The notes beneath the pieces were generated by a model that ran no database searches, had not been told where the DNA came from, and worked only from the letters and a program-made list of their open reading frames with translations. DNA of 63,205 nucleotides, counting the filler, from Platydemus manokwari (Eukaryota): NCBI GenBank assembly GCA_037951405.1. It is 6 parts of 6 records of this genome, joined end to end, with 100 filler letters (N's around TTAATTAATTAA, not from the genome) between each part and the next. Parts side by side here need not be neighbours in the genome. Positions count along the whole stretch, not along the records: positions 11,345 to 20,868 come from JBBMOY011236987.1; positions 20,969 to 30,870 come from JBBMOY011191321.1; 4 more parts are not named here. One strand, given 5' to 3'. Made by a program: the position numbers and the translations under genes. This document shows, piece by piece, positions 13,243 through 27,429 of this stretch; the first letter of the stretch is position 1, and every line of letters starts with the position of its first letter.

Positions 13243-16200
13243 GTAAGTACAAATTTCATTAAATAGCTTTTAAAATATGTTTTCCATTAAAATGGTGAAA
13301 GTTTATCTATACTGTTTTAGAAGTCAAGTTTTCTGATAAAAAGATGGAAATCACAATCAAACGTTAAAAATATTAATTATTATAAGATAATAGGTAGGTG
13401 CTATATATTCATGTGAGATCAAAGAATCTTTGGAAGAGGTTAAATTAGAGTCTATCGAAAAGCTGTTTAAAGATATTCAAGGATTTTGTTTTAATGTTCT
13501 ATAATTGGCAAATAATAATGATTAGAGTAATAAATTATTTTCCTGTTCACCACCATCGACACGGAACTTCTTCAACTTGATCTAGGAGATTCCAAAGAAA
13601 ATTTACTTCTCGGATATCAATATTTTGTAAACTTGGCTTACTATTACTATAGTATTAATTTAAATTTAATTGAAAATTATATTAGTATTTCAAAAAGCAA
13701 TCTAAAATTCTTGTAAATTTTCGAATATTGTAAAAATGTTCTAAAAGGTGATTTTGAATAAAATTATAATAGATTTTCAACATTAGAAAAAAAACGGAAC
13801 ATGGGTTAGTATATTTATTTGACTGCTAATATTCTACATTAACATGGTGCTAAAATGACTGGTGTTGATTAGATTCAATGGTCGCTAAAAAATTAATGAA
13901 CAGCTAAATAAGTTGTAGAAATAATTATTGTCTCATTCTTGGAGAAATTGATGAGTAAGAAATTTGCCAAGAGAATTTATATGAACGTGTAAAGAGATTA
14001 TTAAAAAAAATATTAACCCCAGATGATTTAAAGATGAGAAAACCGGTGAAGAATCAATTATTAAACGGTACAGCTTTTTAATATCACGTAACTGATGATG
14101 AGGTTATAAATGGTATAACATTATAACGTAAATGTTTAGATATTTATATTTTGTAGGTTTGCTTTTTTTGTTAGCAGTTTATTGTTATGATTTCAAATCA
14201 AATGTTTGTTTCTTGTATAATCTGGATAGTTTATAATAATAACTATTAATAGAAAAAATAATTTGAGGAAATGTTAGGCACAATAAACTAACCCCCAAAA
14301 TAAATTCTACTAGCGACCTTCTTATAATAATGCCAACTAAAATTTATTGATTAATTTTAATTTTTTTTAAAAAAATAATTCATTTTAATTTTCCGAGTGT
14401 GTTATTGATTTTTATTTTTATTTATTACGGAATTACTATTTATATTATTTATGAAATCTATTAACAATTTTCGCCACTTGATATTGAATACTCATATCTT
14501 ATTATAGTTTACGAATATAATTAGAATATAATCATTATGACTTCTGTCTCTTTTATGTTGTCTATTTTGAATTTTGGAAATTTTTATAACTTTTTTTATC
14601 AAATTCCTTCATTTTTTATTTTCTTTTAAATATTTTTATTTATTATCTTATCTAGTTATTCAACAATAAAATAAATCCGATTGATTATTTTATTTTATTA
14701 TTTATATGAATCTTCTCTTAATAATATCTGATAAATCCTTTGGATTTCACTGTCAAAATTGGCAAACAAAAAATGATAGATAAATGAAAATTTCAATATT
14801 TTCTGCTATCTTCTATTGGTAATGGATGATATGACGATACTTTATTCAACTGGATATGGGAAAATCGAGTCTGAACGAGAATGGGATTAACTTGGTTTAG
14901 TAAAAAATATTTCTTTTAAGTATCATGAATTATGGTGTTGATTTTTAAATTTTTACATTTAATCCAGATTTGGCTCGGCTTTATATTATATTTTGTTTTA
15001 TGCTCAGAATATAAACATAATATTAGTTTTTATAATTAACGCCGTGAACACATTTATTTACATTATCCACTTATTTATATAGACTTACTTTATCTATCTG
15101 TTATAATAATTATTATTCAAGTATTATTTGTACCTGTAATTTTTGTTATTTTTATTATTAATGTTTATTTTAACCTCACGTACATTTTATTCTTTCATGT
15201 TACCGCCATTTTTGTTAAGATTATAATGAAGCTTGGGATGTTTACATCATAGGCTTGTTAATTTAATTTTTATTAATTTTGTTGAAAATGAAATTACAGT
15301 TAATTCTCGATTGATGTGATGTAAATGAAATTCTTTAAAAATTAAATAATTAGGAAAAAATTTTAAAAAAATGTTGTTTTATTAAATTTTTTGAAATTAT
15401 GGTATTTTACTTGTTTTATTTTTCGACTGTTTCATAGTCACCAACTTTATCGAGGGGTTAATGAGATATAGCATTTTTTCATTTTATTAGATATTTTGAA
15501 GCGCGCTATCTACAGCAATAACTACTTCAAAGTTATTTGAATAGAGGAAAATTAAATTTGTATACTTTTAAATTTAAAAAAATTGTTTGAATGTGATATA
15601 GGCGACAAAGAATTCTTTATTATTTGATTAGAATTTCTAATTTTCACCAGCTAAATTATGTGCATTAAATTCAATTGGGTTGTGATCGTGATATTACGTT
15701 TTGATACGTTAAAAAATAAATTGATTATATTATGTTTATGCTTTGTTACAAAGGCTGCAATTGTGATGTTTAAAAATCATGTTTAGAATGATAGCTTTTG
15801 TTTCGTTATAATTATCATATATTGTCGGATAAAAGAATCACTTATGAATTTACAAATTGAATAAATATCACGGCTTTTAGTTTTAAAACTCCTACAAATG
15901 ACAAAATCATATATACAATACATGTTAATTTTATCAAAGTATATTACAAGTTCCAAAATTTTATTTGAAGTTATATCGTGTCCAAATTAGGGGTCATTAA
16001 TGCATAAGTTCTTAAAATTTTATATTTTAATGTTTTGTTGTAATAATTAATATTGTCATCGAATAAATAAATTTACCCTTGATTATAGTCAACAGTCGAA
16101 AAATCTGCAACTTGATTAGCTTCTAAACAACTAATCTGTGGTAATTGCCAACTGCCAACATATACTCCCCATCATCGAATAGAATCTTTAATTCACCATT

Positions 16201-16364
16201 TGTGAATTTCACAACCATTTGGTTCACTTTAACTATCATTGAACCATTCATATGATCACATGGCTTTTTAATTCTTTGTTTAATTTCTTCATTAATGACA
16301 TTGCTATTATCTTAATTTCTTGATATTCTGTGTTTTAAATATTAATAAAAACTGTTATTTATAG

Positions 16365-16582
16365 ACGATTTAACTTTTGATGGAGGAATGTTCGACAATG
16401 CAGATGATTTGGCATCATCAGAAATTGACTTGGTCACTGGATTGAAACACACGAGGAGCAAATATTCAAAAGATCGAGTGAAAGATCAAACGTTAACATC
16501 TGGACGATCAAGTATCAATAGTCGAATTGAATCATTAGAAACCTCATCATTCTTTTCCCATAAACCGGCTGTTGGTGTGAAG
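16365..16582 (+). CDS. Coding exon of the abLIM/dematin-like gene
   Basis: TTTATAG| acceptor, frame DLTFDGGMFDNADD...KPAVGVK, donor AAG|GTGATT, followed by a 46-nt intron. Confidence 0.8.
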
Positions 16583-16628
16583 GTGATTGGAATAATTAAC
16601 CAAATATTATTACATCCCATTTAAATAG

Positions 16629-16706
16629 GCACCTACAATCTCATATTCTGATCTGATTTCCAAAGATCCAAAAATGATGAAATATCTTGACATTCATAAT
16701 CTTGAA
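16629..16706 (+). CDS. Coding exon, N-terminal half of villin headpiece (APTISYSDLISKDPKMMKYLDIHNLE)
   Basis: TAG| ... |GTAATT, phase 0/0. Matches the headpiece pattern Y-x-x-L ... (V/L)D-x-x-x-LE. Confidence 0.85.
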
Positions 16707-17815
16707 GTAATTCAAATTTTTCATAATTTTTTTCTAATAATAATTTCTTTTATTCAATTGCTACATATTGACGATATTTACATATTAACCAATTTAATTA
16801 TTTGACATTCGCAATTGAATCATTTTTTTCATCAAACACATTTGGCATTTCTGTACAATAATAATAATTGATGATTTGTTCTGTGATTTTTCAATTTATG
16901 GAAAATTGATAGAAATAGCATAAGGAATATATTTCTGATTATTAAATTATTTTTTAATTTTCATTTGGTTATGTGAACATCTGTGTTGTGAATCATTTAG
17001 TTGGGATAATTCAATGATTAAACTTAATGATTTTCTTGATTGTTCCTTGAATTGATTTTGATATTCGAAATTATTGTTCAAATTGGGAAATAATAATGAA
17101 AGATTTAGAAACTATTTTCCTCGTTAAAAATTAATTTTTCTCATCAAGTTGAAATCTCATCAGCTGTTGGTTTTGGAAAATTTGCTTATTTAGTTAGGTT
17201 AAAATAGTAAAACGCTTGAGAAACGCTTTTTATATGAGAATATCGTTATTGTAAATTTTTACACGTGAAAAATACAATTATTTATTTCAATAAATGTTAA
17301 AGTTTGGCCTTTTCATAAAGGGTTTTTAATAAATAATAGGCTATATTTTGAATAATGTCGATTGTTTCAATTCAACAAGTTTATATTACACGTTTATCAA
17401 TTTGATTGGCTTACAATTAAAAAGACGAAATTATTTTCTTTGGATATAATTACACTAAATAAGGTATAAAATTTTTTTACAATGAACTGGTTAATTTATT
17501 AATCCACATCATTCCATTAGTTAGTTCACCAATGTACTTGTTATGTAATTTGTTTTAATTACATATTATTGAATAAGACTTCAAATTCATGATTTTACAA
17601 TTTCATCATCGTTCACTTAACTCAACCTTATTGTTCCTTTCCAATGGGTCGTGCGTACCCGTCCTAATTGCAATTTGATTCCATCATAATCATATTCTTC
17701 AGAAAAATTATTTGTTTTAATCGCTTTTACGAATATTATTTTCATTTAAATGTAAAATTAAAAAATGTTTTATTTGGATTGATTTCGATTTATTTATATC
17801 TTTATTCATTTTTAG

Positions 17816-17929
17816 ACTTATTTATCAGCGGAGGAATTTTTAAATTTGTTTAAATTAAATCGACCAGAATTTTACAGACTCCCTGAATGGAAGAGAAATG
17901 ATCTCAAACGAAGAGTTGATCTGTTTTAG
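17816..17929 (+). CDS. Terminal exon, villin headpiece (TYLSAEEFLNLFKLNRPEFYRLPEWKRNDLKRRVDLF*), abLIM/UNC-115/dematin-like actin-binding protein
   Basis: TTTTTAG| acceptor. The translation matches the VHP consensus LSxEEFxxxFxMxxxEFxxLPxWKxxxLKKxxxLF*, and WKRNDLK is typical of abLIM. Confidence 0.92.
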   Translation, partial: TYLSAEEFLNLFKLNRPEFYRLPEWKRNDLKRRVDLF

Positions 17930-20868
17930 CTTGCTTAACATTTGTGAAATGGTAAACAAATTTGATCTTGTCAATATTCGTTGTATTTCAGTTTAGGACT
18001 TCTTTTATTAAAAACAGATGAAATTATCCATGATTTTATTAATTCTTGATAGGAAAAAATTGTCAAATCAAACAATGATCTCTCATTAAGTTTTTTGTGA
18101 TATCATAATGTGATTGTTTAAGGATTTTATGCTTTGTGATAATATGCTGAGATTTATTATCATCTTAACATTTATTTCGTTGATTTCTTTTGTTTCAATG
18201 TGATACTTAAAGGTTTTATTTCACTTCTTTGGAATATGTTGTTTTACGATTGTTAGTTTTCATTAGCAATTCTCTTGAACAATGTATATGAATAGTAGTG
18301 ATCATTGAAATATATATAAATTCATTTTGTGCATTTTTTAATTTTAGTAATTACATGTGAATAATTAGAAATATAATCGAGCCCGATTGATGTGGCGAAA
18401 TTTTAAAATGTGTAAATAGAAATAAATGAAATAAATCGTAAATGATGACTGGAATATCGAGTAGAATGATTATAAGCATTTTAGCCTGAATTTCGAAATG
18501 AAATTTTAGAATTTGAAATCGCTGGATATGTAAGTTACATGAAATTTGAATTCACTATCGTAGGTATAAATAGTTGTTTATTTAATTTTTCATCGTTTCG
18601 CATATTTTAATATGTTAACATTTTGAATGATTAAAAAATTAAATGAAATTTTGAATTTATATAAATTTCAATAATCTGGGGAGATTGATTGTCATGGTAA
18701 CCCCTTGTACTAAATAGTGATCCAAACCAATTAACACAACTATAATGATTAATTGATCAATTAAGATAGAACTTCACTGCATCTGTCTAATTATTTTTCT
18801 CAGCAAGTTAGGCATCTTTCAAAACAATTAAATATTTACAGGCGCTTCGTTGTCGATCAGGTTAATGAAACAATAAACATTTTTGAGACTCAAGCTATAT
18901 TTAAGAATGAGTGGAATCAAATATTTTAAAATACTAAGATTCTTAGTTGTCCTTCGTATGTGGAGAGTATTAGCCATTTCATTCATATTTATAGAAAATG
19001 TTCCAACTCTTAATTTCAGGTTTGATGTCTGCTTTGTTGTCAATACATCTACTGTCTTCTTTTATAAAATTTCTTTACAATAATGCGGTTTCAGTCGTTA
19101 GTTGTTGTGTTGAATAGATCCACATTAATCTAACAATTTATAATCAAAAGGATTCGAATTTTAAAATTTCGGAAAAAACATTGAATGCAATTTCATCGAT
19201 ACTCATAGATTTCTTGCAGATTTTGATTGTGTGGAGCATTTTGCTGTGAGTCATCATGTATTTTAACCGGTGTTAAATAAAGATAACTGGATTATAATGA
19301 TTGAAGAATTAAATAAATAATAAAACAATACGGAAAGCAAGAAATAGAAAAAATGAAAAATGAATTAGCAACCATAAAATTAAAGAAAAATTGATTATAA
19401 TTAGAATTGCATTACAAAAGCTGTTAAAAAACAATAAATGTTGATGTATATTACATGAATCTAGACAAGAAACCTTATAACGGTTAGGAGATATACGATA
19501 ACCTAGAAAATTATTGGCACCAAAATACGCAAATATTTTTAGCGGCTGAATGTGATCTCCAAACACTGTTAAGTCTTCAAATCGCATAAAGTAAAATTCT
19601 AAGCAGCAATTAGATATATACAACTACCAGTCTTTTATATTAGGATATAATATTTACTGTAAAAAGTTATTTTTGATAAATATCAACCATTAAGTCTGTA
19701 GTCCAGAGTAATAATTGAACAACTAACGAATTGATAACAAAAATTTATTATATATAAAGGAAAACATAACGTGCTGAAGATGAAATTGTGTTGAAATTAT
19801 TTTCCGAATATTGAAGAATTTAAACACATTTAGTAAGGTTATCAAGCATTATCAATGTGACAGATGTGTCAGTATATAACTATAAATGAATTTCCTGAAA
19901 TTATAATGTTCGTGATCTCTAATACAAATGATTGGAAAGGACTATTAAACTTGTGGAGAAATCACTGAAATTGTTAACGATTCGGTCTACAAACAAAATT
20001 TTAACATCAATAAACATATCAAATATGTGAAAATTATATTTTTATTCCGCACAAAATACTTTAAGTCATCTCAAGTCTTTTTTATCACAGTTTTAAGATT
20101 TATTATTGATTATGAATAGATTATCAACTGAAAGTTTTATAAATAAATTCTTGGAAGAAATCCATCAATATTTTTATGATAATATGAAATATCGAAATAA
20201 GTTTGTAAAACGTGTTTCGTTTCAAATAATGCGATATCATTTTAATTTCTTCATATTGATCAAATTAATTGATTTTCTAAATTTCACGCTTGACAAATTT
20301 CCTTTGAAATCTATCTTTATAGAAATAGAATCACCAATTCAAGTAAATTTCCAATGTGTTAAAAAACTATTTTTCTATTTAAAAAATTCATTGCAAAATT
20401 TTCTATTAAAACTGGAGATAATTCATTCCAATTGTCGAAGCTACAAGGCATTTGAGCGTATTAAATGAAAAGCTATATTTCAATTAAATTGTGTGTGTGC
20501 ACTGGTAACCATGGAAATAAAATGGTTTTGAATATTTGTTAATATTAAAAAAAATACTAAATTATACTTTCAAGTTACTCACTATTTAGTAGAAAGATCA
20601 TTGCTTTGAGTTTTTCAAAATTATTTTGAGAAAATCAACTATTGTAACAAAAAATAAATTGATTTCAATTTAATCTACATCATTCAATGAAGTGATAACA
20701 TTACAGTTGGGAATGTTGTGAGTGACTCTTTTAATCAAAAATTTTTTAAAAGCTTTTTATTCAATCTTTGCCTAGTTCATTTCGAAGAATCTACTTGATA
20801 AATGCGAATATTTCTAAATGATGAAAGAAAGAAATCAAGAAACTCCTGGAAATAATTTCATAATTTAA

Positions 20869-20968
20869 NNNNNNNNNNNNNNNNNNNNNNNNNNNNNNNN
20901 NNNNNNNNNNNNTTAATTAATTAANNNNNNNNNNNNNNNNNNNNNNNNNNNNNNNNNNNNNNNNNNNN
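20869..20968. other. Artificial contig spacer
   Basis: N44-TTAATTAATTAA-N44. Confidence 0.98.
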
Positions 20969-23900
20969 TTGAATTATATATACAATAATAACTCTACAAT
21001 TTCTCTTGTAACTTAGCAACGAGAATTTCTAATTTCATATAATACATGTAAGTGTAATTGAAACCACAATATTGCAAAATCCGAATAGAATTCATTTAGC
21101 TTGAGAAATTGAATCAATCAGAAAAGAAGAGATTTAAATTTTACGCCCAAAGTAAAAAGAAAACAAAGGAAATTTACAGAACAACATTTTTCTCTTATTA
21201 ATCAAATGATTTGTTTTTTTTCGATTTTTTAAATATTCTGCAAACCCAACACGATAATAATGATAGATCCTATAATCGAAAAGATTTCGACAAAAAATAA
21301 GTCTTTAATTATTTTTCTTTGGAATTAATTAAATTAATTCTCCACCAATTATGAAGCTAGGCACATTTGAAAAAAAGTATATCAAAATTATCAAAAATCA
21401 ACATTAAATTCCTATATCTGTCCGTCCTTTTTTTTCAAAAATCCATTTTGTTTGTACAAATTCTAGTCTGCGAAAGAAAACGAAGAGAAACAACAGTTGC
21501 TATTTGGCAATGCGACGAAAGCAATAATTAATACGACATAATGCCTTTTATGAGTCGGTTTTTGATGAATAAATCTTGAGCAAAAAGACAATGGGTTCAT
21601 GATTAATTATTCATTTGAGCCTATTAAATTTACTGGAGCTCTGGGTTTGTCTATGTCGGTTTTAATCATAAATAATCTATTTACATTTTATCGTTACTGT
21701 CTTTTAGAATAAATAAATTTGGTGGCGATTTTTTATTGAAAATTTCTGGTTTTCATGTTTATCTCCATCTCTGATTCAAGAATTTATTTATTTTTCATAT
21801 TTATCATTTTATTTGGCAAAAATAAATTAAATAAAAAAAATATATTGATCAATTAAAACAAGATTTTTATAAATATTTTTAAAATAATAATAAACCACAT
21901 CGTTGTATATTTGTAAATATTTTGTCACTGAACGCTTGAATATCAATTATAGCGTGATTGAGTCAATTATTTCTAATATTCTTATTTTATAAATTGTGAA
22001 GTTCCGTGTAACCATTCTAATCTCCTTTTTCATTATCAAGGGAAAGCTATCAGCATTTGGCGGAGACTAATAAATTTAATAATATTAATTTTCATCGCAA
22101 AGGTTATTGTTTTGATCATCCAATACATCATGGAAATCAATAGTTTCCCTCTTATGAATGCAAAATATTCTCTTTAATATCTATAGGATAGCAATTTCGA
22201 AACATATAGCATTCCTTTTCTCAAATACATGAACTATGACGCAGTGGAAAATCGGGCCTTATAGTAAAGAAAAAAAAGACTATTTTTGATATATTCATCG
22301 TTGATTATAGAATATTTTTGCTCTTATCTTCATCTATAGATTCAACACTAAAGAATATTTTTATTATCCAATATTAAACTAATTCAAAAGTCATCTTCAT
22401 TTTGATGAAAATTCTTCTAACTAGTTTCCGAAGTTAAATTAAAAAGTTTTGGTAACACTTATGAGGCCAGTGTCTTACATATGAGAAGTCTTTAATTTCG
22501 TCTCAAACAGTTCTCGAGATTCGGAATGACTTGGTAAAACACTTATTACTTTTTTTATTGATAATTGAATTCTTTCACTCACATGTCAAATACATTAAAA
22601 GGTTAAATAAGCCTAATATTCCAATAATCTTCAACATCACAAATTTCATGAGCAGAACAATGAAAACGTGTGGCTAGAAATAAACCTTTGATGGGATGTA
22701 TCTAGTAAATTGGGAAAAAACATTTTACTGATATTATCTCTAGACCGTTGTCATGCTATTTGCTTAGGCGTGGTCATAAGTAAGTTTTGATTTATTTTAA
22801 AATGCTATTTAATTTAAAATTTATTTAATACGTAATTAAAGTTCAGAAAAAGTCCTAAAATAAAACTAAGTTTGTTGAGTGTATTGCAAAAATCTATATT
22901 GTTTATTTAATTATATTATTTAAAAACATTTTGAATTTTTTATTTAAGTGCTTAAGAAGATTTGAAGCTGTTTGAAATTAAATATTAAATATATTAGAGC
23001 GGCAAAATCTCCTAAAAATTATGGTATTTAAAAAACGGATAAAATTATTTAAAATTGTGATTTATTGAAAATTATCGAGGACCATTTTTTTAATATTAGA
23101 AGTAAATTGAAACCGTTAAAATTTTTACAATTATTTGATAAAAAAGTAATACTAGACTATAAAACATGTCAAGAGTTTCCGAAGTTTAAATTTACAAAAT
23201 CAAAAAATCATAAAGAAATATTGTGAATAGCATAGAAACTTGTTTTAAACTGTGTTGTCTCTATTTGACATTTTAGAAAATGAGATACCGATATATACGG
23301 ATAAATCAAACATCATATTATATATAAAATTAAGTTATACAATTACTCCATGCGCGAAAATTCATCTATACAACAGAACGTCAAAGGACCCCTTTTCTTA
23401 TCTTAAGCCAAAATAAATATGAAAACAAATTTTCTTTGTAATTTTGAAATTGAAACTAGGAATATTAAAACAAATCGATTCGATATGAAGTTATTAGCTT
23501 GAAAAAAATTGAAACGAAAATCTTCATTAATGAAAAAACCTATTTATAATACTGCTTTAAAATTTTAGTGTTCAAAAAAAACATATACTGCTAATGGAAC
23601 ATGAATTACCAATTTTAGTTTGTCTGATATTAAATGATTTATAAAATTTGATTATAATATAAAATAAATTAATTTACTTATTTGAATTTTTTTTATTTTA
23701 CTTATTTACTTTTAATTTACTTATCCAGATTTTTTTATGAGAGCAATTCATTAATATTTTGATATTAAATATCTGTGTATTAAAAGTTACTTAAATTGAA
23801 TTTAATTAATCTTAATGTTTTATTAATCTTTGAAATTGTGATAAATATAATCGAAAGATTTAATATTCAGCTGTCAATATCTAGTGCTACAATCGCAACG

Positions 23901-25719
23901 TTCCAGGATGTGGCTGTGTCTATGGCTATGAAATACATAAAAATTTTTGTAATAATTTATTTATTAATCTATTTTTAAAATTTGATTTATGTTAGATTTT
24001 ATTAAACGTTAAAATTTCTTTCTGTACTCATTACTGTTAGTTGCCAAAATTTCTTCATTGCTGATATCAAATCAAAAGTCGTGTTTACAATAGAACAAAA
24101 AATCATTTCGTCAATGTATCAATTTTCAAAGAAATTTTAAATATTAAATTAAAATTGATTTCCATCTGATTTGTCTTCATTTTTAATCCAAATATAAAAA
24201 TGCCCACATTTTTATATTACATCTTATTTTTCTAAAAGATATAAATTTTATGTTTAATAATTTTAAAACTTTATCTTTATTAATATTGTCGTTGTTGTTA
24301 GTTGCCAAAATTTCTTGATTCTTTTTTTTCAAATATATTTTTTTCATTTTATATTAAATTTTTATTTTTTATTTAAGAGATTTAAATTTTACTTTTACTA
24401 ATATAAATAATTTTATAATTGAGAGTTCAATGTTATTTTTAAGCAAAATTCGTTTATAAATATATGGCATATTAATTTGTAATATAATTTTTTAAAAGTA
24501 TTTGTTGGTTCAATTTTTACCCGATGTAGAGCACAACACTACTCTTAATCTCATGAATCTGACTCCAAAAGACAAATAAGTAGATCACTAAGTTTTATTT
24601 ACTAGCTGTACAAACTTTCTGTAAATCAAGAAGACCGAGTCGTTAAATAAGTTTGTCACAGAAAATCAGATAAAGTCCTGATAGAGAATTGAAAATACCT
24701 ACTGAAGATCTACTTCTGGCTTTACTACTATAAATGCTTTTACATTCGCCTTATTATATTATTTTCTTATTACCAGTATACGGAAATACTTTTCACGAAT
24801 ACTCTCCAAAAGAATAATAATAATAAAGAAATAAAATATCGTGTATTCGCCTAATATTCCTTTGATGATTTTATTCTTGATTTTCTTCAAAAATTCTTTC
24901 TGGATAATTTATTTCTTGTTCATATCAGGAATCGAGCTATCTTATCTGATCAAAAATTCTACTAAATGACAATCTTAATCGGATTGCTTTCGCATTTATA
25001 CCGGTTCACTTGCATCACTGTGCTGTAAACCAACCAATCATATTGTATCTTTAAATCGGTCGAATCATTTGCAACAATTTATAATTTCTCAAAAAGACCA
25101 CAGTTCAATTTTCCACCAGCTTTACTAAGTTGGTACTTTGGCCTGCATTTGTTCCAATTTTGTGATAATTTCTCAATGATCTATAACTGGTGTCACTTTC
25201 ATTATCAAACATCAGAACAATGACTTATAAAACATTCTTTAATTTTATTTTCTTATTTTTATTTATATTTTTATTTGCTTGGCTCTTGAAATATATTAAT
25301 ATAAACAATCAAATTAAAAGATTGTCAATGTGATGAAACTTGATGTTAGAACTCGACTATTCACTTGAATGAGCTTTTCGAATTTTATTTTTATTTTAAG
25401 AGAAATTTTACTCAGACTAGCAGCATTTGAAGAATTTGAAAATTCATATTGATAATAGTAATTAGTTTTTAAAATGGCTTTGTGAAAGTCTATCGTCTCG
25501 AAAACATATTATTAAAAAAAGCAAATGAGCTTTGGGTAGGTTCAAAATTAATCTCTCGTATATATATGCTATCCTGTGTTGAGAATCATGAAAAGCTTTT
25601 TTCATTTTAATATTTTAATTTAACGTTTATTTGAAATTCTCTTTATTCCAGTGGAAAATATTGGCTTTCCGTTATAGGATTAAGTATTATCTAATTAAAT
25701 ATTTTGTTATTTCTGATCT

Positions 25720-26200
25720 TTGTCTTCAATTTAGCCAAACGGTTCCGATGATTACCAATTGAATATTTTACTATTATCACAATTATTCTTACATAAATTA
25801 TTATCATCTTCAACTTCAATTATTCCTGAATTTTAATGCTTTTCACATAATGGAGACACATCAGGATTTGTTTCAATAAATTTATTAACAGCAACATCGC
25901 ATTAATATAAAAAATCACTCATAAGAATTTTACCAAATTATCATTTATTCAACAATATCACATGGTTTACTTGACCGAAACCTTGAGTCTCGAAAACTAA
26001 TTCTGCATAATAAATACATTTTTTATGATATTCTACTTTTACTGTTATAATGTATAACTTCCCTCATCAACAAAATTAGCTCCGATTTTCTCATTAATAT
26101 CTTGCCTCGATGATCACCCCCATGTCGTATAAATTGTTTTGCTATTTTCAAATTGATTGACCTCCTTCATCAGTAGCAGCAACTTATCTTATTTTGAATG
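25720..26200 (-). mobile_element. Possible highly decayed Tc1/IS630-like transposase fragment
   Basis: Minus-strand fragments IAKQFIRHGGDHRGK, FVDE and FIET resemble the RGG linker and DDE region. Many stops and frameshifts; boundaries approximate. Confidence 0.3.
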
Positions 26201-26471
26201 TTTGAGTATTATGAATGTTCTGATTGTTCTTGATGTCATTGTGCAAATTTCTATTCTTAACTGTTAAATTTTTGAAACCGTATAAATTCCAAGTATTTAG
26301 CTGCCAAAATCCGAGAAATTAAAGTCCGAATTGCACGTTGTTTTTTTGATGATTATTTATTTCAATCAGCTGATTCAGAATTTTGTTATTTTTATTAATA
26401 ACAATAAATTATTTTATTATAATTCATTTATACAATTGCTATATCATTTACCTTATTGAATGATATATTAA

Positions 26472-26472
<1 letters not shown>

Positions 26473-26527
<55 letters not shown>
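26473..26527. repeat. (ATT)n microsatellite
   Basis: Direct reading. Confidence 0.95.
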
Positions 26528-26529
<2 letters not shown>

Positions 26530-27429
26530 TTTACCGGCATTATTTACCATATTAATTTTCATAAAAGTACATTTATACATGGATAGATGTACCAAATAAC
26601 AAGATTATGTAATGAAGCAAGAATATCAAAATATCATTATCAAATTACACACGTTAAATCACACACATTTAACATTGGATTTAATCCTTTGACTTCGATA
26701 GATCATCTTAACTGATTCATCATCCTAGTCTGATCTACGCATCCTGACCATCCCATACCATCCAATCGTCAAAATCAGAGCAGCATAACTGCTCGCCTAG
26801 CAATAGTAATTAAACATTATTGATATTTTAATGGTGAATATAAGTTCTTCAAATAAAGAATTTTTGTAAAAAAAGCTTTTTTTTATAATTAAATAATTTG
26901 TAAATTTAATGATCTTACTTTACTATGTTCTATCTAGATATTTGAACAAAATCATGATTTTATTTTGCACAAACTCACTTCTATACTTATTAATATGACA
27001 ATATTATCATTTACTTAAACTATAGATATATAAATTTCTTTAATTAACTTGTTGGATTTATTTACATCGATAGTGATTGTTTTACAAGTCCTTCGATAGA
27101 TGGAATTGTTTCTACAAAGTTTGACCAGATGGTTTAAGATTTTCTGATCGAGGACTTCAATTGAAAAAATGTTCATTGAAATACGAAAACTACTGTAGCC
27201 AGATCAGCACATAAGAAAATGTTAATTTAATGATGCAGTCGACATTGACTAATAGAATAAGATAGTGGATAATGATGGATATTCGATTTCTAAAATTGAC
27301 TTCAATAAAAAAAATTTTTTACAGAATGCAAGAAATTATTTACTTCTCAGTAATTTTGATAATGATTTTTAGATTAATTTAATTCCAAATTTCAATCTAT
27401 TCATAATCTCAATCATCCTCATTCATCGT

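Noticed and set aside
18828-20468. Several 66-120 aa ORFs (18828, 18883, 19309, 20106), and similar ones elsewhere such as 1194, 12542 and 40578
   Set aside because: I/F/L/K/N-rich translations expected from AT-rich DNA, several with non-ATG starts, and with no motifs or coherent splice structure.
24035-24317. Direct repeat TGTTAGTTGCCAAAATTTCTT about 260 bp apart
   Set aside because: A real but short local duplication with no associated structure or coding signal.
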